A stretch of DNA of 64,000 bases, from the NCBI GenBank assembly GCA_937625935.1, contig OW569390.1, forward strand, positions 1 to 64,000, written 5' to 3'. This document shows positions 30,289 through 41,759 of the stretch, one piece after another. Source of the DNA: Tetramitus jugosus. Its lineage: Eukaryota > Protista > Heterolobosea. How positions within the stretch are numbered: the first letter of the stretch is position 1; each line of letters begins with the position of its first letter. The position numbers and the translations under genes were made by a program. The notes under the pieces are model-generated. The model worked only from the letters and a program-made list of their open reading frames with translations. It was not told the DNA's origin and made no database searches.

Positions 30289-31353
30289 TTAATTCTTGAC
30301 GCCCGGTAGCTTGTCAATTGGTGTGGCAGTCCATTCTCTCTCGAATGGATTGTATGATAGTTGATAGGCCTGGCGTTCCTTGTGAACAGCTGTCAGTTCG
30401 AGGTCCGGTTCATTGTAATGTCCATAGAACTGAAGTTTTAACTTGGAGGAATCAGCACTGACATGACATGTCTTCACAAAATCAAATGGTGTTCCATCCC
30501 GATCAACAGGAGTGACCTTTCCCTTCTTGTCGACAAGAATGTATCTATTCAATCGGAATTCAGGAATATCGATTTGCAATCTCTTCATCAGCGCACGGAT
30601 CACATCATCAATCTTGGCATGAATTACAAGTGATGCCAAATTATCAAGTGGTGTCTTTTGCAAATTCACAATAACAAGACGCTTTCCTCTCTCTGCTACT
30701 CTTCGTGGCATGTCAGCAGCTGGAGTCACCGTCAGACTAGATCCGAACGAAACACAAAGATCAGCCAATTCTGCTTGCTTGAATCCATTTCTCAGCTCCT
30801 TTTCTGGCAAATCTTCACCAAAGTTAATAATGGTATCCTCCAGTGGTCCTCCGCAGGAAATGTTGTCACAATGTCTGCCAGTGACATGATCATGAACCTT
30901 GGCAGCTGTTCGAACTCTGAAATCTCTCAAGTAAGACTTTCCGCACTTCTTGCACACTTCCATCATTGAATTTCCATGCAACTCTGCAAATTTATCCAAG
31001 GGAACGAGTGACTTTCGATGTAAACCATCCGTGTTCTGACTGATTAGATACTTTATCACATCTCTGTTCATCAATTCTACAATTGCCATGTGACACGGCG
31101 AGGGAATCGCTTTAATACTAGATGTGCTAGGACCTGTTCTCTGCTTGTTCTGTGCCCTTAGAGTCCACACACCCTGCGGTCCTCTGAAATCAGGAATTCC
31201 GGTCGATGTACTGATACCTGCTCCCGTGAAGGCAATGCAGTGACTGGACTCGGTGATCCACTTGAACAATAGATCAACCTTTTGGTCTAGTACCCGAGGA
31301 TCATCGAAATGCTCCTTCATTTCGTCGTCTGTTTTATGTGCTGAAAAGGCCAT
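30289..31353 (-). CDS. Class IV sirtuin (SIRT6/7-like)
   Basis: FTGAGISTSTGIPDFRGPQGVWT, SQNTDGLH, ELHGN, DTIINFGEDLP, GSSLTVTPA, IVNLQKTPLD. Confidence 0.92.
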   Translation of the reverse strand: MAFSAHKTDDEMKEHFDDPRVLDQKVDLLFKWITESSHCIAFTGAGISTSTGIPDFRGPQGVWTLRAQNKQRTGPSTSSIKAIPSPCHMAIVELMNRDVIKYLISQNTDGLHRKSLVPLDKFAELHGNSMMEVCKKCGKSYLRDFRVRTAAKVHDHVTGRHCDNISCGGPLEDTIINFGEDLPEKELRNGFKQAELADLCVSFGSSLTVTPAADMPRRVAERGKRLVIVNLQKTPLDNLASLVIHAKIDDVIRALMKRLQIDIPEFRLNRYILVDKKGKVTPVDRDGTPFDFVKTCHVSADSSKLKLQFYGHYNEPDLELTAVHKERQAYQLSYNPFEREWTATPIDKLPGVKN

Positions 31354-31685
31354 GGTTTTTGGTAACAACAGGTAAGCTCTCTTTTGTTTTGGGATTCAAA
31401 TTTTCTTTCGAGTTTCGAGTTTCTGTTCGAAGAGTTTTTTTGGACCCATTCACTGTGAGTGAATCCACCTCGAATTTTATGGATCATCCATAGTTACCTG
31501 AAGAACGAACTTCGCGAGTCTGTAGTTCTGCGCCAGTTCGTTCCCAACGCCCCGAACAACAGTCGACACTACTGAAATGACTCATAAAAAATTTTACTGG
31601 AAGCTTCTTCTTGGAAGCTTTTCTCCGGTTGAAGAGGTTGGTTGAACATGCACATGCAGGCCACATAGAGGTCATAATCATAATT

Positions 31686-31859
31686 TTATTCTTGCTTGTC
31701 GCCCTTTGGTTTTTGAGCAGTTGCGAAAGCTGAAGCTGGAGGAGAAGCATTCTTGACATCCCACTCGAAAGCTTTCCATGAGAGATAGATGGCCACAGTA
31801 ATCGAAATGAAAAAGAAGATGATTGGATGATTGATCAAATATACCACAGTATCTAACAT
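31686..31859 (-). CDS. Small single-pass membrane protein (57 aa)
   Basis: MLDTVVYL... with the hydrophobic helix IIFFFISITVAIYLSW, AC-rich leader and AATAAA after the stop. Confidence 0.45.
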   Translation of the reverse strand: MLDTVVYLINHPIIFFFISITVAIYLSWKAFEWDVKNASPPASAFATAQKPKGDKQE

Positions 31860-32191
31860 GTTGTATGGTGCGTGTGGGGTGGGTTTGGGACTTGATAATG
31901 TTTTGTGTGGGAGAGTCGTCGGTGTTTCCGTGTGTGAAGATTGATGCAGGAACAAATGTTGGAAAAACTCCTACCTGACTCCACGTTTTCTGTTTTCTCT
32001 TTGAGTCAAGGAGATGCTCAAAAGGAGAATACAGAGTAGAACTGTTAAGAACCTGACTAAAAAAAAGATAATGAGAGCTTGCTCTTGTTGATGTTTTGAA
32101 TTGGTTGTGTTTCTCACGATGGTCGATTTACCCAGTCCATGACCAGCGAGCAATAAGTATCAAATGTGTCGCAACAACAATTTATGCAAAT

Positions 32192-33290
32192 TTACAACTT
32201 TCGCTTGATTTGTTCGACTTGTTGGCGTGTCAGGTCAGTGTCTCCATAAAGACTATTATGCTTCTTGTTTGCTCTTTCTTCCTTTTCTTCTCTAGCAGCG
32301 AATGCTTCTCTCATGTTTTGTCTGCGTTGTCTTACCTTTTCATGTTTCTCAATAAACAGTTTCACATTGTCTGGCACTCTGTAGGTTTCCTTTGGCTTTT
32401 CGGCTTCAACCTTCTCGACGAACCAGTTGACCAAGTGTTGAACAGTTATGATGTTTGGCAAGTCTCTGCTTGGAATTTCACGGCCAAAAGTTTGCATAGC
32501 CTTGGTGAATACCTAATGAATAAATGTGTGTGTTAGTTAACAGTCAAAAAAACTCAAACGATCAACTAAGCAATGATGAAGTAATGATAATGTGAAATGC
32601 ATGTGTGATGACTGTATCGCAACAATTCGAACCGAATCAGTGTGATGGTAGATGGTCGAAAGAGAACTATTGATTGTCAATTCAAAGAGTGAATTGTTGT
32701 CATGACAGGATACCAACAGTTCACCCGAATTGTTCCCGAGAAGAAAAAAATGCAATCAACACATTTTTTTTCTCGCGCACAAAAAAATAGCTTTGACATC
32801 TTGTTGTCATTGAGACACAAAGAACCACACAAACACACACAACCAAACATATAGAGTCTCATCGTCTCTCTCACATTCACTCATTCACACAATTCATCAT
32901 CTTCACTTCATCATTGCTTCCCAAAAAATATAAAGTGAAAAAAAGAGCGAAATGGGACATGCGTACTTTGAATCTCAAATCTGCCTTACCCAGAATGAAC
33001 TCTGGAATGTTGTGTGGAACGTAGTTTTCTTCTTGCGTAATTGATCGAACAATCGAATCCATGGTACCAATGAAAATCTTGTTCAATTCTCTCTTATCCT
33101 TGAAATAGAAATCTGGGGTGATGAATTGTTTTGCAACGATTTCTTCTTGAGCTTCTTCTTGTTGCTTAAAAATGGTGTTGATGGAGAATTGTCTGATGGC
33201 GATAGGTGCTGGTCTGACCAAAACTTGTTGTGCGACAACAAATCTAGCGTTCAAAAGTGGGGACAATGACTTTACTCTTCTAATCATCAT
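32192..33290 (-). CDS. Mitochondrial ribosomal protein mL50-like; complement join(32192..32512,32967..33290)
   Basis: Mitochondrial presequence MMIRRVKSLS. Removing the GTACGC...CTAAC...TAG intron gives DLRFKVFTKAMQTFGREIPSRDLPNIITVQHLVNWF. Confidence 0.75.
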
Positions 33291-33501
33291 TTTCAATGCG
33301 TTATCTGTGATTTTTTGCGTTTTTTGTGTGTAACTAACAATTTTTCCCGAAATGCATGTCGCAGAAATAAGCGGACTTTGTTTGGTTGACCCGTGAAGAT
33401 TGAATGTCATGGCCGACGATGAACTTTCATCGCGATATATATCTCCGATGCATGAAACCGTTTTACCAAAAACTACATGATTTCAGAATAGAGAAAACGA
33501 A

Positions 33502-34350
33502 ATGACCGCCAGAGATGTCAGCAAGAACCAAACACCCACATCGAGCTCGTCTTCACTTCAATCGAAACCAAAACTTGATAATAAAGCTGTTATTTATCCA
33601 CCTGTAGATTTTTCCTTCAGGGACTTGGAGCACTGCAGTGACATTGCAGCTGTGGAACCAAGGAAAGGAATGAGGAGAAAGATTCGAAATCTATTGAATG
33701 AGAAGCTCTCGAAAGACTTGGGGCAATTTTCAAACACTCGAAAGGAGGCAGCTATTGGAACAATAAAGTACGGGACAGGTGCTCGAGATGAGTTAAAGAA
33801 GTTGACAGAGAAAGACGAACGATTGAGTTTGTTTGTATCCATGGAGGACGAGAAGGAACAGGAAGTACCTGAAGAAGAGATAGAAGTTTTTCAGCAATAC
33901 ACTGGGTATCTTGGCTCTTCAATTAAGTTGAGCAACAATTATCTGACGACAGTGGATGGTCTTGAGGAAGTGATGAAGAAGGTGATGTTCGACAGTGAAG
34001 AGATTAGGTGGTTAGATTTGTCATACAATCAAATCACCAGTCTAGAGTCGGTCGGAACCCTCAGTTACAACTTGGATTGCTTGCAGCTTCACTCAAACCA
34101 AATATCGAGCATTAACGAAGTGTTGAGGCTGCGTAAGTTCACAAGTTTAAAGAGCTTGACTCTCCATGGAAATCCACTGGAGGAAACGAAAAATTATAGG
34201 TATTGTGTCATTGCAATTCTTCCATGGCTAAGATCGCTCGATTTTAATCACATTACCAAAAAGGATCGAGAGACAGCGGATACCTTTAAGAAGTTGTTTA
34301 TTGACCCGTTGGTCAAGAGACAAATGGCCAGACAGGCACAAAAGAAGTGA
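33502..34350 (+). CDS. LRRC51: Leucine-rich repeat protein, LRRC51-like
   Basis: PVDFSF, IKLSNN, WLDLSYN, LQLHSN, LKSLTLHGNPLEE...YRYCVIAILPWLRSLDF. Confidence 0.75.
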   Translation: MTARDVSKNQTPTSSSSSLQSKPKLDNKAVIYPPVDFSFRDLEHCSDIAAVEPRKGMRRKIRNLLNEKLSKDLGQFSNTRKEAAIGTIKYGTGARDELKKLTEKDERLSLFVSMEDEKEQEVPEEEIEVFQQYTGYLGSSIKLSNNYLTTVDGLEEVMKKVMFDSEEIRWLDLSYNQITSLESVGTLSYNLDCLQLHSNQISSINEVLRLRKFTSLKSLTLHGNPLEETKNYRYCVIAILPWLRSLDFNHITKKDRETADTFKKLFIDPLVKRQMARQAQKK

Positions 34351-34555
34351 TTTCCGTTTCATCACGATGTCTGAACTATTAATATGTTTGATCAAAGTAG
34401 AAGTGTATTTTCGCTTGTAGTTGAAAACGCGACATTACTCGGAATTCCATGTCTCAGCCATTCTACTATTTTCTGAAGAGAAAACACAAAACAGAGAGTC
34501 ACAGTTCTTTAGCACAGATCTCTTCCTCAATTACACTTCAAAGATAGACAAGGAA

Positions 34556-34903
34556 ATGGTAGAACCCAGTCAGAAATCTGCAGCTTCTCTGGAGCAACAA
34601 CAAAACTTGACAGACGAACAAAAGCTACAACAGTACAGAGCATCCACCAGCGGAGCAAGAAGAGGTAGTCTTTCAAAGGGCTCTCAAGCAACGTCATCAT
34701 CGTCATCGTCCTCCTCTGCTGCACCGGGCATGTGGAGAACTGAAGGACGCAGATTGAGTCTCGATGCTTCTCATTTAACTGCCTCATCGGTAGCCGCACC
34801 TGTACCAAAGTTTAGTAGAGAGACACCATGGCCTGATACACCAATGCCCGGAACTCTTCAAGACAGAGAATATAAAAAGAAAATATCGGCAGACAAGAAG
34901 TAA
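34556..34903 (+). CDS. Hypothetical low-complexity protein
   Basis: 115-aa Ser-rich ORF with RRxS motifs, ATG in an A-rich context. Confidence 0.5.
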   Translation: MVEPSQKSAASLEQQQNLTDEQKLQQYRASTSGARRGSLSKGSQATSSSSSSSSAAPGMWRTEGRRLSLDASHLTASSVAAPVPKFSRETPWPDTPMPGTLQDREYKKKISADKK

Positions 34904-35138
34904 ACCATACATGTTTTCGTTATCTCAACTTTTGACATAAATCTGAGAATTGTCCTTCGGGTTCGCTACCCGTGATCTTGTTTTCGTACACTGGTGGGGA
35001 TCAAATTTCATCTCTTTTTCATGGAAATTCAAAAGCAGAAGTTCTCAAAAGCTTTCACCTCGACCACAGCACACCTCAACAAAAACTGTTTTTCTGTTAC
35101 AAACAGCAACAACAACACAAAAGAAACAGATTAAAGCA

Positions 35139-36758
35139 ATGACATCCGTCACACCACAAGTTTTTAATCACTTGTACTTTGAACCATCCAAGCACCCTGA
35201 TCAAGTGATCCCAATGATCCACGGTGAACAATACTTGATCGATGGTGAAGTGAGACAATGGACTGGCAAGATTGACAAGGTGTTTTCTCCGATTTGGAAT
35301 CAAGAAACTGGTCAACCGATCCAGATTGGTACTTATGCCTTTGTGGGTGAAAAGGAAGCTGTAGAAGCAGTGAATGCTGCTAGGAATGCCTTCTCTAATG
35401 GCAGAGGAGAGTGGCCAAGGATGACACCATCTCAGCGTATTGCCTGCGTTGAAAAGTTTGTCAAGCAAATGAAGCAAGTGAAGCAAGAGATTGTGAATGC
35501 AATCATGTGGGAGATTTGTAAGACAACGGCAGATGCAGAGAAGGAAGTTGATCGTACCATTGCTTACATTTTTGATACGATTTCAGAGTTGAAAAAGATG
35601 GTCAATAGTTCTTCTTCTGTTGTGTCCTCTGGTGGCATCGTAGCTCTTACCAAGAGAAGTCCACTTGGTATTTGTCTCTGTGTTGCTCCTTCAAACTATC
35701 CGTTGAACGAGACGTACACAACTCTGTTGCCTGCATTGCTCATGGGAAATTCCATTGTGTTGAAGGTGCCTAGAGTCGGTGGTTTGTGTCACTTCCCAAC
35801 TCTATCTCTCTTCCAGAGCTGTTTCCCCAAGGGTGTTGTCAATGTGATCCCTGGTGCTGGTCGTGAGACATTGCCTCCAATCATGAAGACTGGTATTGTT
35901 GATATTCTTGCATTTATTGGTTCATCAAAGGCTGCTCACAGCTTGCAGATTGAGCATCCACACTCGTACAAGTTGAGATGTGTGTTTGGCTTGGACGCCA
36001 AGAATGCTGCCTTCATCTTGCCTGACGCAGACATGAACACTACGATCAACGAGTGCATTCTCGGCAGTTTGTCATTCAACGGACAAAGATGCACTGCACT
36101 CAAGATTCTGTTTGTGCATGAGAGTATTGCTGAAACATTTACAACCAAGTTTTGTGAAGCTGTTGATGCCTTGAAGATGGGACTTCCATGGGAAAAGGAC
36201 ACCAAGATTACACCTCTATTGGAGCCAAGCAAGCCTGCTTACTTGCGTGGATTGATTGATGATGCAGTCGAAAAGGGAGCCTCAATCATCAATAAGCGTG
36301 GAGGACAGACTGATCGTTCCTTTGTTGCACCTACTGTGCTCTATCCAGTCAATTCAACAATGAGAATCTACACGGAGGAGCAGTTTGCTGATGTCGTTCC
36401 GATTGTTAAATTCTCTCATATTGAAGAATGTGTAGAATATGCAATCAATAGTCACTTTGGTCAACAGGCATCCATCTTTACACAGGATGCCAAAGCAATT
36501 CCAGAGCTCTTGGATGTGCTTGTACATCAAGTCTCTCGTATCAATTTGAACTGTCAATGTCAGAGAGGACCAGACAACTATCCATTCACTGGAAGAAAGG
36601 ACTCTGCTGTTGGTACCTTGTCCGTGTTCGATGCTTTGAGAGCCATGTCCATCAGAACAATGATTGCAACCAAGGAGGACGAGAAGAGTGTAGAGCTATT
36701 TACTAATGTGATGGTCAGCAGAAAATCCACATTCCTTCGTGCAGACTACCTCCAATAA
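35139..36758 (+). CDS. gapN: Non-phosphorylating NADP-dependent glyceraldehyde-3-phosphate dehydrogenase (ALDH family, bacterial type)
   Basis: NYPLNETY, LAFIGSS, GLDAKNAA, SLSFNGQRCTALK, RINLNCQCQRGPD.YPFTGRKDSA.GTLSV.DALR. Confidence 0.88.
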   Translation: MTSVTPQVFNHLYFEPSKHPDQVIPMIHGEQYLIDGEVRQWTGKIDKVFSPIWNQETGQPIQIGTYAFVGEKEAVEAVNAARNAFSNGRGEWPRMTPSQRIACVEKFVKQMKQVKQEIVNAIMWEICKTTADAEKEVDRTIAYIFDTISELKKMVNSSSSVVSSGGIVALTKRSPLGICLCVAPSNYPLNETYTTLLPALLMGNSIVLKVPRVGGLCHFPTLSLFQSCFPKGVVNVIPGAGRETLPPIMKTGIVDILAFIGSSKAAHSLQIEHPHSYKLRCVFGLDAKNAAFILPDADMNTTINECILGSLSFNGQRCTALKILFVHESIAETFTTKFCEAVDALKMGLPWEKDTKITPLLEPSKPAYLRGLIDDAVEKGASIINKRGGQTDRSFVAPTVLYPVNSTMRIYTEEQFADVVPIVKFSHIEECVEYAINSHFGQQASIFTQDAKAIPELLDVLVHQVSRINLNCQCQRGPDNYPFTGRKDSAVGTLSVFDALRAMSIRTMIATKEDEKSVELFTNVMVSRKSTFLRADYLQ

Positions 36759-36999
36759 ACGATGTAAATTACTCTGTCCAACCCATCACTGCTTGAAGCA
36801 ATTGAAACAGTTGGAGTATTTTCTGTGCCACGGAATTCCTTCCAAAAATTGTAAGTGCTCGTCCGTCACGCAAAGGAGAAATTGGTTTCGGGGTTCCGAT
36901 CACAATGCGGAACAATGCGTGATCACTTCAGTTTCAGAGATAAAAGCTTGGATCAGCTTCTGATCACTTAGTACCAATACCAAAACAAATCATAACAAC

Positions 37000-38025
37000 A
37001 TGAAGTACAAAAGACTCGGAAACACTGGACTCCAGGTGTCACAATTAACCTTCGGATGCATGTCATTCGGTAGTCCCAACTGGCAACAATGGGTACTCGA
37101 TTCCGAAGAAGGAACAAAGTTACTAAAGGAAGCTTACGATCTGGGATTTAACTTTTTCGATACGGCTGATGTCTATTCTAACGGAGAGAGTGAAAGAACA
37201 TTGGGAAACTTTCTAAAGCAGTATCAAATTCCAAGAGAGAATGTGGTCATTGCTACAAAGGTGTTCTTTGGTGTGGTTAAGTCAGGAAAGCAAATTGTTT
37301 CGATGAGAAATCCAGATGCTGTGGATAGAAATGCTCGTGGATTGAGCAGAAAACACATTATGCATGCTGTTCAAGATTCCTTGGATCGCCTGCAGACTGA
37401 TTACATTGACTTGTACATTATTCATCGTTGGGATTACGATACTCCGATTGAAGAGACAATGGAAGCTCTGCATGATTGTGTAAAATCTGGAAAAGTTCGT
37501 TACTTGGGTGCTTCGTCCATGCATGCGTGGCAATTTGCAAAAGCACAACAGATTGCAAAGGAGAGAGGATGGACTCCATTTGTTTCCATGCAAAACTTGT
37601 ATAATCTTCTCTATAGAGAAGAAGAAAGAGATATGATTCCTCTATGTCTTGATCAGAAGGTAGCATTGACACCATGGAGTCCTTTGGCTCGTGGTGACCT
37701 CGCAAAGATTGAAGACAAGACACAAGATAGCACCAGAAGTGAAACGGACCAAGTCCTAAAGTCTTTCCAATCTCGTTTCTCTGACGTGGATCAGACCATT
37801 AGACAACGGGTTCTTGAAATTGCAAACAAGAAGCAATGTTCCACTGCTCAATTGTCACTGGCTTGGTTGTTGCACAAGAAGGGAGTAGTCTCTCCCATCA
37901 TTGGTGTTACCAAGATTGAACAAATCAAGGATTGTGTCAAAGCATTGGACATTGAATTGTCAGAAGAGGAGCTAAAGTATCTGGAAGAACCTTACCAGGC
38001 AAAGGCAATTTTTGGTCACACATAA
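37000..38025 (+). CDS. Aldo/keto reductase (aryl-alcohol dehydrogenase/YajO-like)
   Basis: LGNTGLQVS, FDTADVYSNGESE, IATKV, LQTDYIDLYIIHRWD, GKVRYLGASSM, PWSPLARG. Confidence 0.95.
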   Translation: MKYKRLGNTGLQVSQLTFGCMSFGSPNWQQWVLDSEEGTKLLKEAYDLGFNFFDTADVYSNGESERTLGNFLKQYQIPRENVVIATKVFFGVVKSGKQIVSMRNPDAVDRNARGLSRKHIMHAVQDSLDRLQTDYIDLYIIHRWDYDTPIEETMEALHDCVKSGKVRYLGASSMHAWQFAKAQQIAKERGWTPFVSMQNLYNLLYREEERDMIPLCLDQKVALTPWSPLARGDLAKIEDKTQDSTRSETDQVLKSFQSRFSDVDQTIRQRVLEIANKKQCSTAQLSLAWLLHKKGVVSPIIGVTKIEQIKDCVKALDIELSEEELKYLEEPYQAKAIFGHT

Positions 38026-38109
38026 GACTTTGATTGTAAGGGATTCAGTATCCCCTTGTTCAATTGAACCATAATTAATCTCTTTGTCATCCAGACTTAC
38101 TATCCTCTA

Positions 38110-38220
38110 CCAAGGACATTGATTGAGTTTGAATTGATTGATTCCTTTTCGTATGTGTCGCAATACTCGATATTCTTGGTCCGGATGTCACTATAAAGCA
38201 GAACAACAAATTTCAATTAA
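38110..38220 (-). pseudogene. Remnant of the F-box/LRR gene family (F-box part)
   Basis: Nucleotide similarity to 16950-17075 (tttgaattgattgat, tgtcrcaatactc, ttggtcc, aacaaatttcaat). Confidence 0.55.
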
Positions 38221-38485
38221 TTGAAGGGACATTTTCAACTTCGTACGAGAAGCTTCTCTTCTTCTTGACACTTTCATCGATCTTTAATGAGAACGTGTGA
38301 TTTTGTGAATCTAATGACTGTAAACAACAATAGAGTTCCAAACCTGGGAAGATACTCTGAAATTGGATTATACAATGCAACTTTCTCATTTTTCGCTTGG
38401 TTGAGGATCGATTTCTTTCCCGCTCTTCTTTCCCGCCAATTTTTTCTTGTCAATGAAAAGTCGAACAAAATTAATAAACAAGAGA

Positions 38486-40495
38486 ATGCTGAACGAATTG
38501 CTGTTGGCCCTTGTCGGTTATCCAGGCCCTATTTGTCAACTTGATACGAGAAGCAACAAGATTCAACTGGCTTCAGATGGAAATCAATTTCCATTTCTGC
38601 ACCAATCCGAAAAGCTTCAGATTGATCAAATCTGTGAAATTGCGACTCTGTACTATCATTTGAATCGAAGTTTGTTGCAGCAAGATGAAGACACCAATGT
38701 ATGTTTTGATGTAAAACCATGTTTTTACAAAAACAGAATGGAATGCCTAATTGTAAGCTTGTTTTGCTATGTATCTCTATAATAAATGACAGAGAAAGGG
38801 GGTTGGTGATGATGTTTATATGAGAGCTCTGAGGAATGGAACAAGGGTATTGTTGGAGCCATACAAGAAGACAATATCAAAATTTTCGTTGCCTAGCAAT
38901 GTACCACTGCTATCATTGTCCTATATTATATCAGAATTGAAAATTGTATGTTGTTGTTTGTGTTGTTGTTGTAAATGTTGTGTTGTTTGATCTAACATAT
39001 GGTCAATGTGATGATAAACGAACAGTACAAGTTGTTGTTTGAGAGATTGTTACAGATTTTGAGAGCAGATCATTCCATGTTGACTCTGTTTCCGCATGTG
39101 CATCATATGGTATCATCTGGTCATCCTGTAATTAAGCATTCTGGTGTTCACTTGTGTAAATATTTGAATCGAGTCACACTGTTTCAAATGCAAAAGTTTT
39201 TGATTGGTGATGCACACCATCCCTCTTTTTGGATCCATAGGAATGAAAAGTGTGCCAATTGGAGCAATGAATACTATCTAGTGAATGAAAATATACCGCC
39301 ACCATTGACAGTGTCACTATGTCGAAAGTTCTTATTTGTTTCGAGTGTGTTGCACATCTTGAAACGGAAATCGGACATTGATGATACTTTACGAGCCAAC
39401 AATTACTCTCGAGAGTGGTACTCACAGTTGCAGGCACTGTCAGAGTTCGAACAACCAAGCTCATTTGCCAATCAATTAGAGCTTGTGATTACAAAGATGC
39501 ACAATCAGATTACAGTAAATTTGTGGGATATTTTGTGTGGAAGAGATGTTAAAGCGCTGTTCAATGATCTTCGGAGGTGCTTCTTGTTGGATGGTGATAT
39601 TTTCCAGGTGTGGTTAGCAAATGGTGCATTGTCTGTGCTACAACAGAACACACGATTATTTGTGGATTCTTCAGGTGATCTTTCGAGATTGTTTCAAACA
39701 TTGGAGTATGAGTTTACTTGCATGGAAAACGTTTCTCTAACAACTATTGCCAAAGCGTCGTCCATCTTATCGCCGAATTCTTCTCTAGCTAGCGAACATG
39801 CGCCACATTCACCCTCTGGGAACCTATCGGCTAGTTCATTTGACCATTTACTTGGCGAGATATCAAAGTTAAAGGATCAGTGGCATAGTCAATTGCAGAT
39901 TGATGCTCGAATCAAGTGGCCTCTATCTCTGTTGATCACAGACGAAATATTGGAACTCTACAACCAAATTTGGCAATTCTTACTATTGATCAAGCGAGTA
40001 CAGATGGAGCTGAATGACTGTTACATGATACTGATAAAGTCCAACAACCAGGCAAATATTGTGAGATCTCACCGGCAGCAGCTTCATATGATCATGCATT
40101 TCCTCGTGGACCATATTTGGTACTATTTGGGTGTTGATGTAATTGGTGCCCAGTTTTCAGAGCTCGAAAAGTTCTTAAGCAAGTGTGAATCATTCCAGGC
40201 ATGTAAAGTACAGCACGAACAGTTCTTAATGAGAATACATAAGAGCATGTTCCTAGGAAAGTCTGGACAAGTTGTTCGGGCAACATTATTGCAATTAATT
40301 GACATTATTATGACGTTTACTCACGTTGTGCGGACTGAGCAACTCGACTTGTATTTAGGTGATATTGATCATCATTGGAGGCGCCAGATGAGTTTGTTCT
40401 GGAATTTGCTGGAGAATGGAGCTGATAGAGAGTTGTCCGTACTGTGCTTACGGATCGATTACAATGGCTGGTTTTCAAGAACAGGAGATCAATGA
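38486..40495 (+). CDS. TUBGCP4: Gamma-tubulin complex component 4; join(38486..38698,38793..38945,39026..40495)
   Basis: MLNELLLALVGYPG start. Two phase-0 GTATGT...CAG introns. WPLSLLI...YNQIWQFLLLIKRVQ, YYLGVDVI, LCLRIDYNGWF. Confidence 0.85.
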
Positions 40496-40621
40496 GCTAC
40501 TCAATACGAATTGGCTCTCGTAAAAGCATTGGCATAGATAAGTTGATTTCCCATGAATCTGGATGAAGTAGTAGCGTAACTCTTCTTGGATAAACCTTTT
40601 ATTCGATTGCAGCAATCGAAA

Positions 40622-41578
40622 TTACAATTTGGAAGGAATTTGTCGTTGTGTCTGATTGTTGGGTGTAGCGTTCACGTGCTTTGATATCATTGAATCGACA
40701 GTTTCAGGTGATATTGCCTTGAGAAGAGGAACAATCTTTTGTTTCAGTATGAATCTCTCCTCACGCTTGCCACAACTAACAGCATACAATACATCATTGA
40801 CACACTGATCAACACTCATCACCTTGGAATCGTCTTTTGTTGGCGCAGCAGGTGTTTCACTACTGTGATCCGAAGAGGATGAAGCATATTGGTCCTTGTG
40901 AGCTTCGACAAGATGTCTATCTCTCAGCCCTGTATCGATCCATCCAGGCATTGCGACCGTAATGTTCACACGTCTCGGAGCAGATTCATCACCTGGTGCA
41001 TATCTCTTTTGCTTGACATTCAACTCGTTTCGCAACACCTCGAAAAATCCATTGACAGCATACTTGCTCGAACAATAGGCCGTACGATAGGGAACTCCAA
41101 TGAGTCCACTCATGGAAGAAATGACTCCAATACTGCTCGGATTCTGATTTTTTGTTAACTTTTTGCTCAAATAGGGCAAGCAATGGTGAACAAAGTTGAC
41201 ATAGCCCATAAAGTTCACCTCCCACATTTGGCGGAACAGCGTATTCACTTGCAGTGTGCTCATGAGCTCAAACTCAATCGATCCACTCACTCCAGCATTC
41301 AACAAGAGAACATCCAAGTGATCTACTCCACACTCGTGCAGTCCCTTGGTGACTACTTGACCACACTGTTCAATATCCGATACGTCACACGCAGAAACAC
41401 TCACTTTGGCTGCACCGAGTTTCAGGCACTCGTCCTTGAGTTGCTCCAACAAGTTCAATGATCGAGCACACAGAATAAGGTTGGTCGAGAGTGGTGCCAA
41501 GCGAAGAGCCAAGGCCTTGCCCAATCCCATGGAAGCACCCGTGATCAGTACCGTTGCATTTCTGAACTTGTGTTCCAT
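40622..41578 (-). CDS. Short-chain dehydrogenase/reductase (DHRS7-like)
   Basis: ITGASMGLG, LLNAG, SSMSG, YCSSK, PGWIDT. Confidence 0.92.
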   Translation of the reverse strand: MEHKFRNATVLITGASMGLGKALALRLAPLSTNLILCARSLNLLEQLKDECLKLGAAKVSVSACDVSDIEQCGQVVTKGLHECGVDHLDVLLLNAGVSGSIEFELMSTLQVNTLFRQMWEVNFMGYVNFVHHCLPYLSKKLTKNQNPSSIGVISSMSGLIGVPYRTAYCSSKYAVNGFFEVLRNELNVKQKRYAPGDESAPRRVNITVAMPGWIDTGLRDRHLVEAHKDQYASSSSDHSSETPAAPTKDDSKVMSVDQCVNDVLYAVSCGKREERFILKQKIVPLLKAISPETVDSMISKHVNATPNNQTQRQIPSKL

Positions 41579-41759
41579 TTTTTGTTGTTTCTCGGGCTTA
41601 TTGCATTTTCACCGACGAATGATTACCGCTTCGGTTCACCGGCTTTTACGGCTTTTGAGAGGTGAGTACAAACACGGATAATACGGAGCCTAATGAAGTC
41701 CAAATCTGGTGCAAATTACCGAACGGTTCAGAGAGAAATATAACACAGCGCACTAAACT

